The translations under genes were made by a program, and so were the position numbers. Source: an uncultured bacterium (GTDB lineage: Bacteria; Patescibacteriota; Saccharimonadia; Saccharimonadales; OFTM59). From it: a DNA stretch of 64,000 bases. The number at the start of each line of letters is the position of its first letter. Position 1 is the stretch's first letter. Location: assembly GCA_966685145.1 (NCBI GenBank), contig CBKXXB010000001.1, positions 633 to 64,632 on the forward strand. The letters run 5' to 3'. Below the pieces are notes generated by a model. The model ran no database searches. It was given only the letters and a program-made list of their open reading frames with translations, and had not been told where the DNA came from. Below, in pieces: positions 49,473 through 56,796 of the stretch.

Positions 49473-50747
49473 CTATGTAGCATTTATGTTTAAGCTCGCT
49501 TGATGAGTACCTTGAGCTTCGATTTCCTTGGTGTACTGTGCGATACGTGCACCTATTTCCCTGTCAAAATATTCAAAACCTGGCTGCAGGGCAGCTGCGT
49601 ATGCCAGCTTGTCGACTTTAGATACAGGACCAGACTTTCCCTTACCGAAGGGATGAACGATGAAGTAACGCTCCATTATGTTGCCGTAGGTCGTGATAAG
49701 GCGTGTGCCTAGACGCTGGCGCGAACCGACAGTTATTACACACTTTTCCGCTCGCTCCATCCCCAAGTGTCGTGGGGAAACCAAAACCACATGCGGACTG
49801 TACTGAGCATACATGCCTTGGTCCACGTAGTTTTTAACCTGAACTGGAATAATTTCATTTCTGCCAGGGATCATAGAACATAGCAGAATATCCGCACGAA
49901 AGCTTGGTTCTGAAGGATCGCGTAATCGGCCCCGCTCGAAGTCATCTGGAGCGGCAATAGGAAGATACGGCAGGTTCCGGGCCATCACCCATTCCTGTAA
50001 GACCAAGAGTGCCTCTGCTTCGGTTATTGCTGAGCACAAAAGGCCTAAGTGATCGCCCCATTCGTCGGCATGGTGCATCCAATTTGGCGTGTGCCTATCA
50101 TGAGGACGAGTTACCTTTACGCGCATATCTACTACATCCTCCAACTGCAGCTTCCCGGTCGAGTCATAATCGTTTTCAATGGCAATTACGCCGCGGTAAC
50201 CATTTAGCGCGTTGCCCAATATGCGTCGCTCATTCGTTGTGACGTCTTTTATTTCTCTTGCGACTTTCTCATCAGTAAGCGGCCCCTTTGCCGCTCGTCG
50301 ATTAATTTTGCTAATGGCTGAATTGACGAGTTTCCATGAATAGCCGACAAGATTAAAGTGAATAGTGTTTTTATCAATTTCTGAAATGTCGGACAGGGCT
50401 TTTTCCGGCAGTGTATGCGTCTCATCAACAGGACGCCTTGGTAGAGACCTAGCGCCGGGCGGCGGCATCGAGCTTCGTAGGTTAGCAGTCTCTTGCCTAT
50501 GGTTATGTCGGAACCGCCTCACCGATTCCGCCATATCAAGCAGCGCTCCATCTGCCGTAACAACGACTGGAGAAGGCGGACGGTCTGCCAAACTGTCGAT
50601 GTGGCCGTCAAGATATAGGGCCACAACCATATCTGCCAGACCGTTATTTATAACTTCATTAACCTTTTGCTGCGCAATCATTTCTTCGACTGTGTAGTCT
50701 GGGTGCTCAGGCAGTCTAAAGGCTGATACGTACTCATGTCCGTCCAT
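49473..50747 (-). CDS. Hypothetical protein with candidate PD-(D/E)xK nuclease domain
   Basis: 424 aa; helix Glu (ITEAEAL), then RADILL and IPVQVK in restriction-endonuclease order. Confidence 0.6.
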   Translation of the reverse strand: MDGHEYVSAFRLPEHPDYTVEEMIAQQKVNEVINNGLADMVVALYLDGHIDSLADRPPSPVVVTADGALLDMAESVRRFRHNHRQETANLRSSMPPPGARSLPRRPVDETHTLPEKALSDISEIDKNTIHFNLVGYSWKLVNSAISKINRRAAKGPLTDEKVAREIKDVTTNERRILGNALNGYRGVIAIENDYDSTGKLQLEDVVDMRVKVTRPHDRHTPNWMHHADEWGDHLGLLCSAITEAEALLVLQEWVMARNLPYLPIAAPDDFERGRLRDPSEPSFRADILLCSMIPGRNEIIPVQVKNYVDQGMYAQYSPHVVLVSPRHLGMERAEKCVITVGSRQRLGTRLITTYGNIMERYFIVHPFGKGKSGPVSKVDKLAYAAALQPGFEYFDREIGARIAQYTKEIEAQGTHQASLNINAT

Positions 50748-50868
50748 TAGATACTTATTCTATAATATTTCCTTGCATTTGCAACCATAAGGTGCTGCTA
50801 TTCTAGCTGCCGCCCAGCGGGTTGGGTGGAGCCCCTTAGCGTTAGTGTGTATTTCTGCCCCTGAAAAC

Positions 50869-51003
50869 CTAAATTTTGAAGAGGCCCTTGATGGCACGTT
50901 TGCGTGCAGTTGTTAGTTTTCGCTTGCCTTTTGTAACCGGAGAATACTTTTGCTTAATGGCCCTCTTTACAGCGCCTTTCTTAGAATACTTGAATAGTCC
51001 CAT
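50869..51003 (-). CDS. 44-aa Lys/Arg-rich peptide (not in ORF track)
   Basis: MGLFKYSKKGAVKRAIKQKYSPVTKGKRKLTTARKRAIKGLFKI; strong SD GAGGAGG 5 nt before ATG. Confidence 0.75.
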   Translation of the reverse strand: MGLFKYSKKGAVKRAIKQKYSPVTKGKRKLTTARKRAIKGLFKI

Positions 51004-51062
51004 ATCCCCTCCTCATTATTTAGCTTAAGCATATCATCTCTGCTCTGTTTTTGAATGGCTGG

Positions 51063-51872
51063 TTAGGTTAGCCATTTGTGACAATAGGGGCAAGGAGCAG
51101 TGTCTTTTTTGCTACTCCTAAGCGAGTTTAGGTCAGCCCTGTAAACCAGATGTTTGGCTGGAGCCGCCAAGCCGGTTATGAGTTTCACGGCTTCAGTAAT
51201 GGCCAAGGAGGCAACTGCACCGTTTAGACTAACTACCGAAGGACCACTCTTTTTTAAATCCTTAGCATCAACTCCGTAGATTTTGGCCTGTGTTTCTAGC
51301 TCAGCATTATTCATCCGATGAACCCTTATGTCCTGTTGGCTTAGCTCATCAAGGCAATACAAACAGCCAAGGCTGGTACCGGCAATTACTACACGACCAC
51401 CGTACGCAGCAGGTAAGTTTTCATCAGTTTGTACATCAGTTGCTACATCTATATACACTTTCCTTAACTCAGCAGCAGTTTGAGTTGCAAGTAACCGGGC
51501 ATAATCATTGTCTAATCCGCCCATGATTACATCCACGTCTGCTAATGTGGCTCGTAAATCGATGTCTTGTAAATAGTTATCAACTGTGGCAACGTCAGCT
51601 TTTGGTTGGATATTATGAATCAGACGTGCCGCAACTTCTACCTTCAGCCGCCCGATGTCTTCGGCTGTTGCACCGACCAAGCGGTTGAGATTTTTATTCT
51701 CTACTTTATCTCCATCGACCAATATAAATGTGCGAGCACCGAGATAGGCGAATTGCTGCGCAAAATGAGATCCAAGCCCGCCTAGGCCAAGTAGCGCAAA
51801 CTTTGTGCGTTCGATTTTCTTTTGGCCTTTTTTGCCGAAGAGTTCAGTTTGTCGAATATAACGGTCACTCAT
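51063..51872 (-). CDS. E1/ThiF-family ubiquitin-like activating enzyme
   Basis: RYIRQ, GLGGLGS, NLNRL, DN, two CxxC motifs (CLYC, CPYC) and GPSVVSLNG; start MSDRY overlaps the JAB stop. Confidence 0.92.
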   Translation of the reverse strand: MSDRYIRQTELFGKKGQKKIERTKFALLGLGGLGSHFAQQFAYLGARTFILVDGDKVENKNLNRLVGATAEDIGRLKVEVAARLIHNIQPKADVATVDNYLQDIDLRATLADVDVIMGGLDNDYARLLATQTAAELRKVYIDVATDVQTDENLPAAYGGRVVIAGTSLGCLYCLDELSQQDIRVHRMNNAELETQAKIYGVDAKDLKKSGPSVVSLNGAVASLAITEAVKLITGLAAPAKHLVYRADLNSLRSSKKDTAPCPYCHKWLT

Positions 51873-52374
51873 ATGCACCTTTTTGGATAGCGGACAGGCT
51901 GAGACCTGTTGGCCGAGTCGAATTGTCTTCAACGCGCAAACCAGAAAGCGTCTCCGGCTTATCCACTATGTGCCAGACGAGTGCGTCAAAGTCGTTTTCA
52001 GTAAAAACTAGCGCAACATATGGCCGACCTTTAAGCCGCCAGAGCATATGAGGAACCAACTCGGCTAGCCCGTCCATATCTGTCAGACTAAACTGAGCAG
52101 ACCATCCAAATCCATTATGAGCGTGCGCTTCGATCACCACGTAATTATTGGCATGCGCGTGTTTAATAATTTCAGGCCGCACATGATCTGCTAAGCCGAG
52201 ACCATTCCAGTTATGATGCGCGTAATCCTTTTCAGTCAGAAGCTTAACTTCCTTGACCATAAGCCTTTGCCCTGAGTCATCCATCAACGCAAACAAGAAG
52301 GCAATTTCCTCCGATTGACTAGCCAGGTAATCCTTCATCACTCTATAATCAGCGCGGGGAATCTGTAGGTCCAT
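51865..52374 (-). CDS. JAB/MPN (JAMM) metallo-isopeptidase
   Basis: N-terminal Glu (SEEIAF), HAH and FSLTD form the E...HxH...SxxD motif. Confidence 0.85.
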   Translation of the reverse strand: MDLQIPRADYRVMKDYLASQSEEIAFLFALMDDSGQRLMVKEVKLLTEKDYAHHNWNGLGLADHVRPEIIKHAHANNYVVIEAHAHNGFGWSAQFSLTDMDGLAELVPHMLWRLKGRPYVALVFTENDFDALVWHIVDKPETLSGLRVEDNSTRPTGLSLSAIQKGAYE

Positions 52375-52375
52375 A

Positions 52376-52762
52376 CTAATTAATCTCCGCTAAACGATGT
52401 TTGAATGAGTGGGCAAAATGGAGCATACCCATGCCCTCACCCGGCACGCTACCGGGTTGCCAGTTTTCTAACTCCCAAGAAAATTTAAGCCACTGTCCAT
52501 CTCTGGGAACATCGCTGGAATACTCACTATTGCTTGGTTTATCACCGTTTGCCAGCTGCAAACCATCCCGTACCCAAAATGCATATGGCCTTTCTCCCGG
52601 AAAACCTGCCGGGATCTGAAATGCAATCTCGGCAGACTGCCGCCCCCAACCTATCGGCAGCAGGTAATTCTTGATGATTATCCAGTTCCCTTCCGCAACA
52701 TGCACAAGGTCTGGCCAGCGACTCCTGAGTGTCGCCAGTGAATGCTCAATCCACTCTTGCAT
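52376..52762 (-). CDS. Prokaryotic E2/UBC-fold protein (family E-like), Cys-less
   Basis: WIIIKNYLLPIGW, IPAGFPGERPYAFWV, WLKFSW and W-x-P motifs; lies between the Ubl and JAB genes. Confidence 0.85.
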   Translation of the reverse strand: MQEWIEHSLATLRSRWPDLVHVAEGNWIIIKNYLLPIGWGRQSAEIAFQIPAGFPGERPYAFWVRDGLQLANGDKPSNSEYSSDVPRDGQWLKFSWELENWQPGSVPGEGMGMLHFAHSFKHRLAEIN

Positions 52763-52767
52763 AGCAG

Positions 52768-53016
52768 CTAGCCCCGCTTAAAGCCAATCTTTCGACTGAA
52801 ACCGTTCCCGGGCTTTACATCTACGGCTTCATTCTCGCGTAGCTCCCGCTCACTATTGTCCTTGAAGTCAATGATGAGTATTGGCTGATTATCGGTTATA
52901 CCAACTAACGTGCGAATTTCCGGCGGCGTAATTGTATCCTTATGCCAGTCATAATCTGTGCCTTCAAAGTTAATAGTATGCTTTGGCTTTTTCTCGTTAT
53001 TCTTCTCATTACCCAT
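52768..53016 (-). CDS. Ubiquitin-like beta-grasp protein (multi-ubiquitin-domain type)
   Basis: 82 aa; INFEG..W...TIT..EIR.L and E.VDVKPG..F pattern; ends in ...FKRG-stop; SD AGAGGAG. Confidence 0.82.
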   Translation of the reverse strand: MGNEKNNEKKPKHTINFEGTDYDWHKDTITPPEIRTLVGITDNQPILIIDFKDNSERELRENEAVDVKPGNGFSRKIGFKRG

Positions 53017-53088
53017 TCTAACTCTCCTCTTTTATTAGATGTTTTTGCTTTCCTCACACCTGGCCTCGGTGCGCCTCAAGACAATTTA

Positions 53089-53117
53089 ATAGTAGCGCTA
53101 CATGTAGCGTTTAGCAA
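53089..53117 (-). promoter_or_regulatory. Sigma70 promoter of the Ubl operon with palindromic operator in the spacer
   Basis: TTGCTA-17 nt-TACTAT; the spacer contains the perfect palindrome CGCTACATGTAGCG (53096-53109). Confidence 0.65.
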
Positions 53118-53397
53118 TAGCATTTAGGCACAATATGTAGTTTTATTTGCAATGACTTTTGCCAGTTTCCAACTACTTTCCACCGCTTTTGAATGGTTGG
53201 ATTCATTCGTCCAGGCACTGATAAGTCCTGATGAGTGAATGTCAAAAGCACAATTGATAGCGGAGGATTTGTTTGAGTCCGAAGGACGAGTTGTCCGAAG
53301 CATTGTGGCTTCTGCCGGTGAAATCATAAAGAGCCGGCAGTCGCCTGTCGTTTCTTTGGATGCTTTCTTTGTCAATACAAGAAAGTATCTTGCGCCA

Positions 53398-53430
53398 GCA
53401 ATGAAACGGCGGCAATGAAACGGCGGCAAT
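53398..53430. repeat. 14-bp tandem duplication
   Basis: GCAATGAAACGGCG x2 followed by GCAAT. Confidence 0.85.
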
Positions 53431-53440
53431 ACTATTACCT

Positions 53441-53713
53441 CTACGTATCTGTGTATTTCGGATGTTGCGGTTCCGGATAGGCTTCCAGGCCAAGAGCCTG
53501 TGCCTCGTGTATGATTTCGTTAGCCGCGGCTTCGGCTGACAGCTCAGAAGAATCCTCCACTCTCAGCCTGACCTGTACACCCCCACCATCTACAGGAACC
53601 ATGCTATCCAGAAGCGCGCTCATCAGTTCGTGAAAATCCAGACCGCCTTCTTCAGCTCTAACCACAAAATCAGGATCAGCACCAGCTTTTATCTCAGGGT
53701 TTCCATCGCTCAT
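53441..53713 (-). CDS. Acidic hypothetical protein
   Basis: 90-aa ORF just downstream of the tRNA, with TATAAT and AAGG upstream. Confidence 0.6.
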   Translation of the reverse strand: MSDGNPEIKAGADPDFVVRAEEGGLDFHELMSALLDSMVPVDGGGVQVRLRVEDSSELSAEAAANEIIHEAQALGLEAYPEPQHPKYTDT

Positions 53714-53736
53714 AGATGACCTTATCTTACATTATA

Positions 53737-53809
53737 TGCCCCTGGCAGGATTCGAACCCGCGACCAACTCCTGCGAAGGAGACGCTCTAATCCGCTGAGC
53801 TACAGGGGC
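53737..53809 (-). tRNA. tRNA with Arg-like body (A20) and atypical anticodon loop (contains UCG); CCA not encoded
   Basis: Acceptor GCCCCTG/CAGGGGC, D arm GCTC-AGCGGATTA-GAGC, T arm GCGGG-TTCGAAT-CCTGC, anticodon arm TCTCC-TTCGCA-GGAGT; TATAAT about 9 nt upstream. Confidence 0.85.
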
Positions 53810-53871
53810 GACTTCTCAATTATACATTTTTGTATCTATTTACTCTTTAGAAGCCCGTCTGCTATAGGTTA

Positions 53872-53900
53872 TTGACTTTTTAGGGATTTTAGGGTAGAAT
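53872..53900 (+). promoter_or_regulatory. Sigma70 promoter of the pentapeptide-repeat gene
   Basis: TTGACT-17 nt-TAGAAT, ending 9 nt before ATG 53910. Confidence 0.65.
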
Positions 53901-53909
53901 ATTCATAAT

Positions 53910-55142
53910 ATGACCGGTGGAAATGTGGAATTACCTTTCGGCGGTGAAATGGAGCCGACCGATTCAGCAGCACCATTATTGCAGGGTGTCGCCTTTGATG
54001 TAATACGAGTTCCTGAACGTCAGGATGCAATAGACGATATTCTCTCCCATCGACGCTGGAGCCCCGAGCGTCGCGTCAAAGAACTGAATACCAAAATCAA
54101 TGACGAATGGGACGACGAGCTGGGTATATCTTACACAGGAATTGAAGGCGAGGAGTTACCAGGCCTTACCATCCATGGCGTAGCCGAAAAGCTGGCATTG
54201 TCAGCTTGCGATGTGACAGATGGGAACTTCGAGGGTGCCAACTTAAACGCCGCCGTGATGACTGCCGTTGCTTTCCGCAGACTGCGAGCCCGCCATGCCA
54301 ATATGGATCATACCGTTTCTCCCCTGTCTTCTTTTGAAGGTGCTGATCTGGAAGACGTCACAGCCATCGAAGGTAATTTTGTCTTCGGAGACCTTAGTGA
54401 CGTCAAGGCGCGCGGTCTGACACTCACGAGCGGTTATCTATTCGGTACGAAAGGTTTGGAAAGAATCATCGAAGATGTGGCCGATATCCGTACTGCCCGG
54501 GTACTGCTGCAGGCAGCCGGCGTCACTGATCCATCCGAAACTCTGAGGGAAGCCTTGGCTGATCGCTTTATGGGCGTACCTGCCGCCCACATAGAGCGAC
54601 AGGTATCCCCTGTCCGCGTCATTCGGCAGGTTAACGCAGCCAACACCTTGCCCGACGAAAAGCGATTGGCTGGCGCAGTGCTTGATGACGTCATCCTAGC
54701 CGGGGCAGGTTTGCACGCCCGGATTATGACCGGCAGCATCTGGCACAAGGTACGGGCACGCGGTTTGGAATTCAGGGGCTCACGGGCAGCCGGATCAGTC
54801 GTACTTGATTCAGACTTGCAGAACATTGATGCAACCGGTCTATGGGTACCTGGCATGTTCGCAGCTAACACGAGCTTCAGGAACAGCGACATGACACGCG
54901 GCAACATGGCTGGTGCTGTTTTTTATAACTGCGATATGACGAATGTCGATACCGAGCGGACGAATGTCGATGGTATCGTCGTCATTGGAGGCCGACCGCC
55001 AGAGTTTGATGAAGAAACCATGAAGCGACTAAAGATTCTCGAGCTTGGCGACCTCCCTACCGCAGTTGCAGAGATAGTCTCGCGTATGGGCGCTTTGTCA
55101 ATTAGCGGACGCTCTACGGCTAACCGCGAGCTCGAACAATAG
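53910..55142 (+). CDS. Pentapeptide-repeat protein (two repeat blocks)
   Basis: Five-residue periodicity, e.g. GNFEG-ANLNA-AVMTA, SSFEG-ADLED and TSFRN-SDMTR-GNMAG-AVFYN-CDMTN. Confidence 0.85.
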   Translation: MTGGNVELPFGGEMEPTDSAAPLLQGVAFDVIRVPERQDAIDDILSHRRWSPERRVKELNTKINDEWDDELGISYTGIEGEELPGLTIHGVAEKLALSACDVTDGNFEGANLNAAVMTAVAFRRLRARHANMDHTVSPLSSFEGADLEDVTAIEGNFVFGDLSDVKARGLTLTSGYLFGTKGLERIIEDVADIRTARVLLQAAGVTDPSETLREALADRFMGVPAAHIERQVSPVRVIRQVNAANTLPDEKRLAGAVLDDVILAGAGLHARIMTGSIWHKVRARGLEFRGSRAAGSVVLDSDLQNIDATGLWVPGMFAANTSFRNSDMTRGNMAGAVFYNCDMTNVDTERTNVDGIVVIGGRPPEFDEETMKRLKILELGDLPTAVAEIVSRMGALSISGRSTANRELEQ

Positions 55143-55161
55143 TTGCTCGAGAAGGATTTTT

Positions 55162-55794
55162 ATGCGTGAGCCGCTGTTTACACCCCGCAATCAGCCAGCA
55201 CGCGGTTTAATTATTGAAGGTGATCCTGAGTCGCGCCAAAAAGCACGCCTGTCCGCGGCTCTGCACCGCGCCATAAACCTCGCAATTGAAAGCGCATTTA
55301 GATATGGCGTTGATTTGCCTGTCGGTGCTGTAGCGCTGCAGAGTGAGGAAATTATAGGGCGAGGATTTGCTGGTGATATGCGATTCGGGCAACCACCGCT
55401 TCATGCCGAAATCATGGCACTACTGGACACACGATTTGATGTACAAGGAGGCAAGCCGGATACTGTGGTCGTGTCGACCGAGCCCTGCGTAAGATGCCAG
55501 GATAATCTGGCAGGAGAATCAAGTCTGAAACGTGTAGCGTTTGGTCTTAGTCGCAAGGATTTATCGGACAAAGGATTAATCAGACCCCATGGCGAAGACA
55601 TATTTGAGAGAGCAGAACGAGTCGGACTGCCATATGAGATTACAAGAATTGAAGACAACGACCTAAGGCTTGCGGGACTTACTATCTTTGATCATGTCAC
55701 CCGCGATCCCGGCACAGGGCTTGTAGAGGTTAATTCCGAAACTCTTAACGAGGCTCTTATGAGCTTAAATGAACATGGCCCTTCCGGCTCCTGA
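55162..55794 (+). CDS. Zn-dependent nucleoside/nucleotide deaminase (TadA/CDA superfamily)
   Basis: PVGAV, HAE and EPCVRC motifs. Confidence 0.85.
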   Translation: MREPLFTPRNQPARGLIIEGDPESRQKARLSAALHRAINLAIESAFRYGVDLPVGAVALQSEEIIGRGFAGDMRFGQPPLHAEIMALLDTRFDVQGGKPDTVVVSTEPCVRCQDNLAGESSLKRVAFGLSRKDLSDKGLIRPHGEDIFERAERVGLPYEITRIEDNDLRLAGLTIFDHVTRDPGTGLVEVNSETLNEALMSLNEHGPSGS

Positions 55795-55933
55795 TAACTG
55801 AATATTAAAAACACGGGCCAGGGCTTGCTTGTGCTTCTTGAGTGCGACTAATTGCCAGCGCAATCTGTTTCTGATTAGCGTACAGGTAGATTATGTTGTA
55901 TTATGATGAACAAAGTAAGCGCAGGAACAAAGC

Positions 55934-56149
55934 ATGAGGGAATTAATGCAACCAAAAATAGATGCCGTTGAAACAGGTGAAATGGCAAAGATTGAAGTAG
56001 CTCTTAGGCTTGTTGACGGCGGCCTTGTAGCGCTCGTCCACAGGGAGCTGGTATCTACGAGTGAAGTTTCCGACTTGCTTCTGGACCTGCGATCGGTGCT
56101 TGACCCGCAACCTCAGGAACCAGAAGCCGTTTCAGCTGCCCAGCAGTAA
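55934..56149 (+). CDS. Small hypothetical protein
   Basis: 71-aa helical ORF; AGGA upstream. Confidence 0.55.
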   Translation: MRELMQPKIDAVETGEMAKIEVALRLVDGGLVALVHRELVSTSEVSDLLLDLRSVLDPQPQEPEAVSAAQQ

Positions 56150-56219
56150 GACTTGGGCTAGCGAATACCACAACAATAATTACTTGCTAATGGTTAAATA
56201 TTAACGCTACAATTAGCGT

Positions 56220-56780
56220 ATGGGTAAAATGTTAGCACCCACTGCCGAAGCTATAGAAACACAAGGAGCGGTTCAAGACCGCTCCTTTTTCTTTTCTGTA
56301 GACGAAAAACCATCCTGGGGGCCTTGCGCAAATTCGCGCGTCGAAACCAACCGCGCTCGTAAAGTATGGAATCGCCACGAGAAGCTGCTGGCCGCCAATT
56401 CCGGACGTCTTATGTTAGCCGCCTGCTCGGAAAACGGCGAGTTAAGCCCCGTTACCGATCCAATGACTCAGGACACAGTTAGTTTGCACTTAGAAGCCAA
56501 AGATTACAGAGAGAAACACGAATACACATGGACAATTACCATTGGCAACCCGGCGCTTTGGACAATCCATACTCTACGCACCACGCCCGACTTCTTCCAG
56601 ACCACCTATAGGCAAGTCGACTCAGGCGGGCAAATACTCAAAGCAAGCAGTCATGTCAGTAGCCTGGCCTTGGCCAACAGCATCGGGATACTACTGTCGT
56701 ACGCCGACTCTGAGCAGCAAGTCCAAGCCGCAAGAGAGAGCACCTCAACCAATAGCCCCCAGCTAGAGATAGTAAAGTAA
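56220..56780 (+). CDS. Hypothetical protein
   Basis: 186-aa ORF with TTGCTA-18-TACAAT 6 nt upstream. Confidence 0.65.
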   Translation: MGKMLAPTAEAIETQGAVQDRSFFFSVDEKPSWGPCANSRVETNRARKVWNRHEKLLAANSGRLMLAACSENGELSPVTDPMTQDTVSLHLEAKDYREKHEYTWTITIGNPALWTIHTLRTTPDFFQTTYRQVDSGGQILKASSHVSSLALANSIGILLSYADSEQQVQAARESTSTNSPQLEIVK

Positions 56781-56796
56781 GTTTTATCAATCCGTT

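Noticed and set aside
50856-50863. TGCCCCTG matching the tRNA 3' end (53737-53744) as a possible att site bracketing the Ubl cassette
   Set aside because: The position is suggestive, but an 8-bp match is expected by chance in a window this size and no integrase is present.
51873-51932. N-terminal extension of E1 in the ORF track (contains a Cys)
   Set aside because: It overlaps the JAB gene by 68 nt; MSDRY at 51872 has an SD-like AAAGG and matches the family start, so this Cys is not counted.
51063-53016. ThiF/ThiS or MoeB/MoaD sulfur-carrier operon, or CBASS Cap2/Cap3
   Set aside because: An E2-fold gene is present, there are no cofactor-biosynthesis genes, and there is no CD-NTase cyclase.
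53225-53300. Hammerhead-like words CTGATGAG and GAGTCCGAAGGACGA
   Set aside because: The two halves do not assemble: no GAAA follows a stem II after CUGAUGA, and the GUCC/GGAC stem lacks the conserved core.
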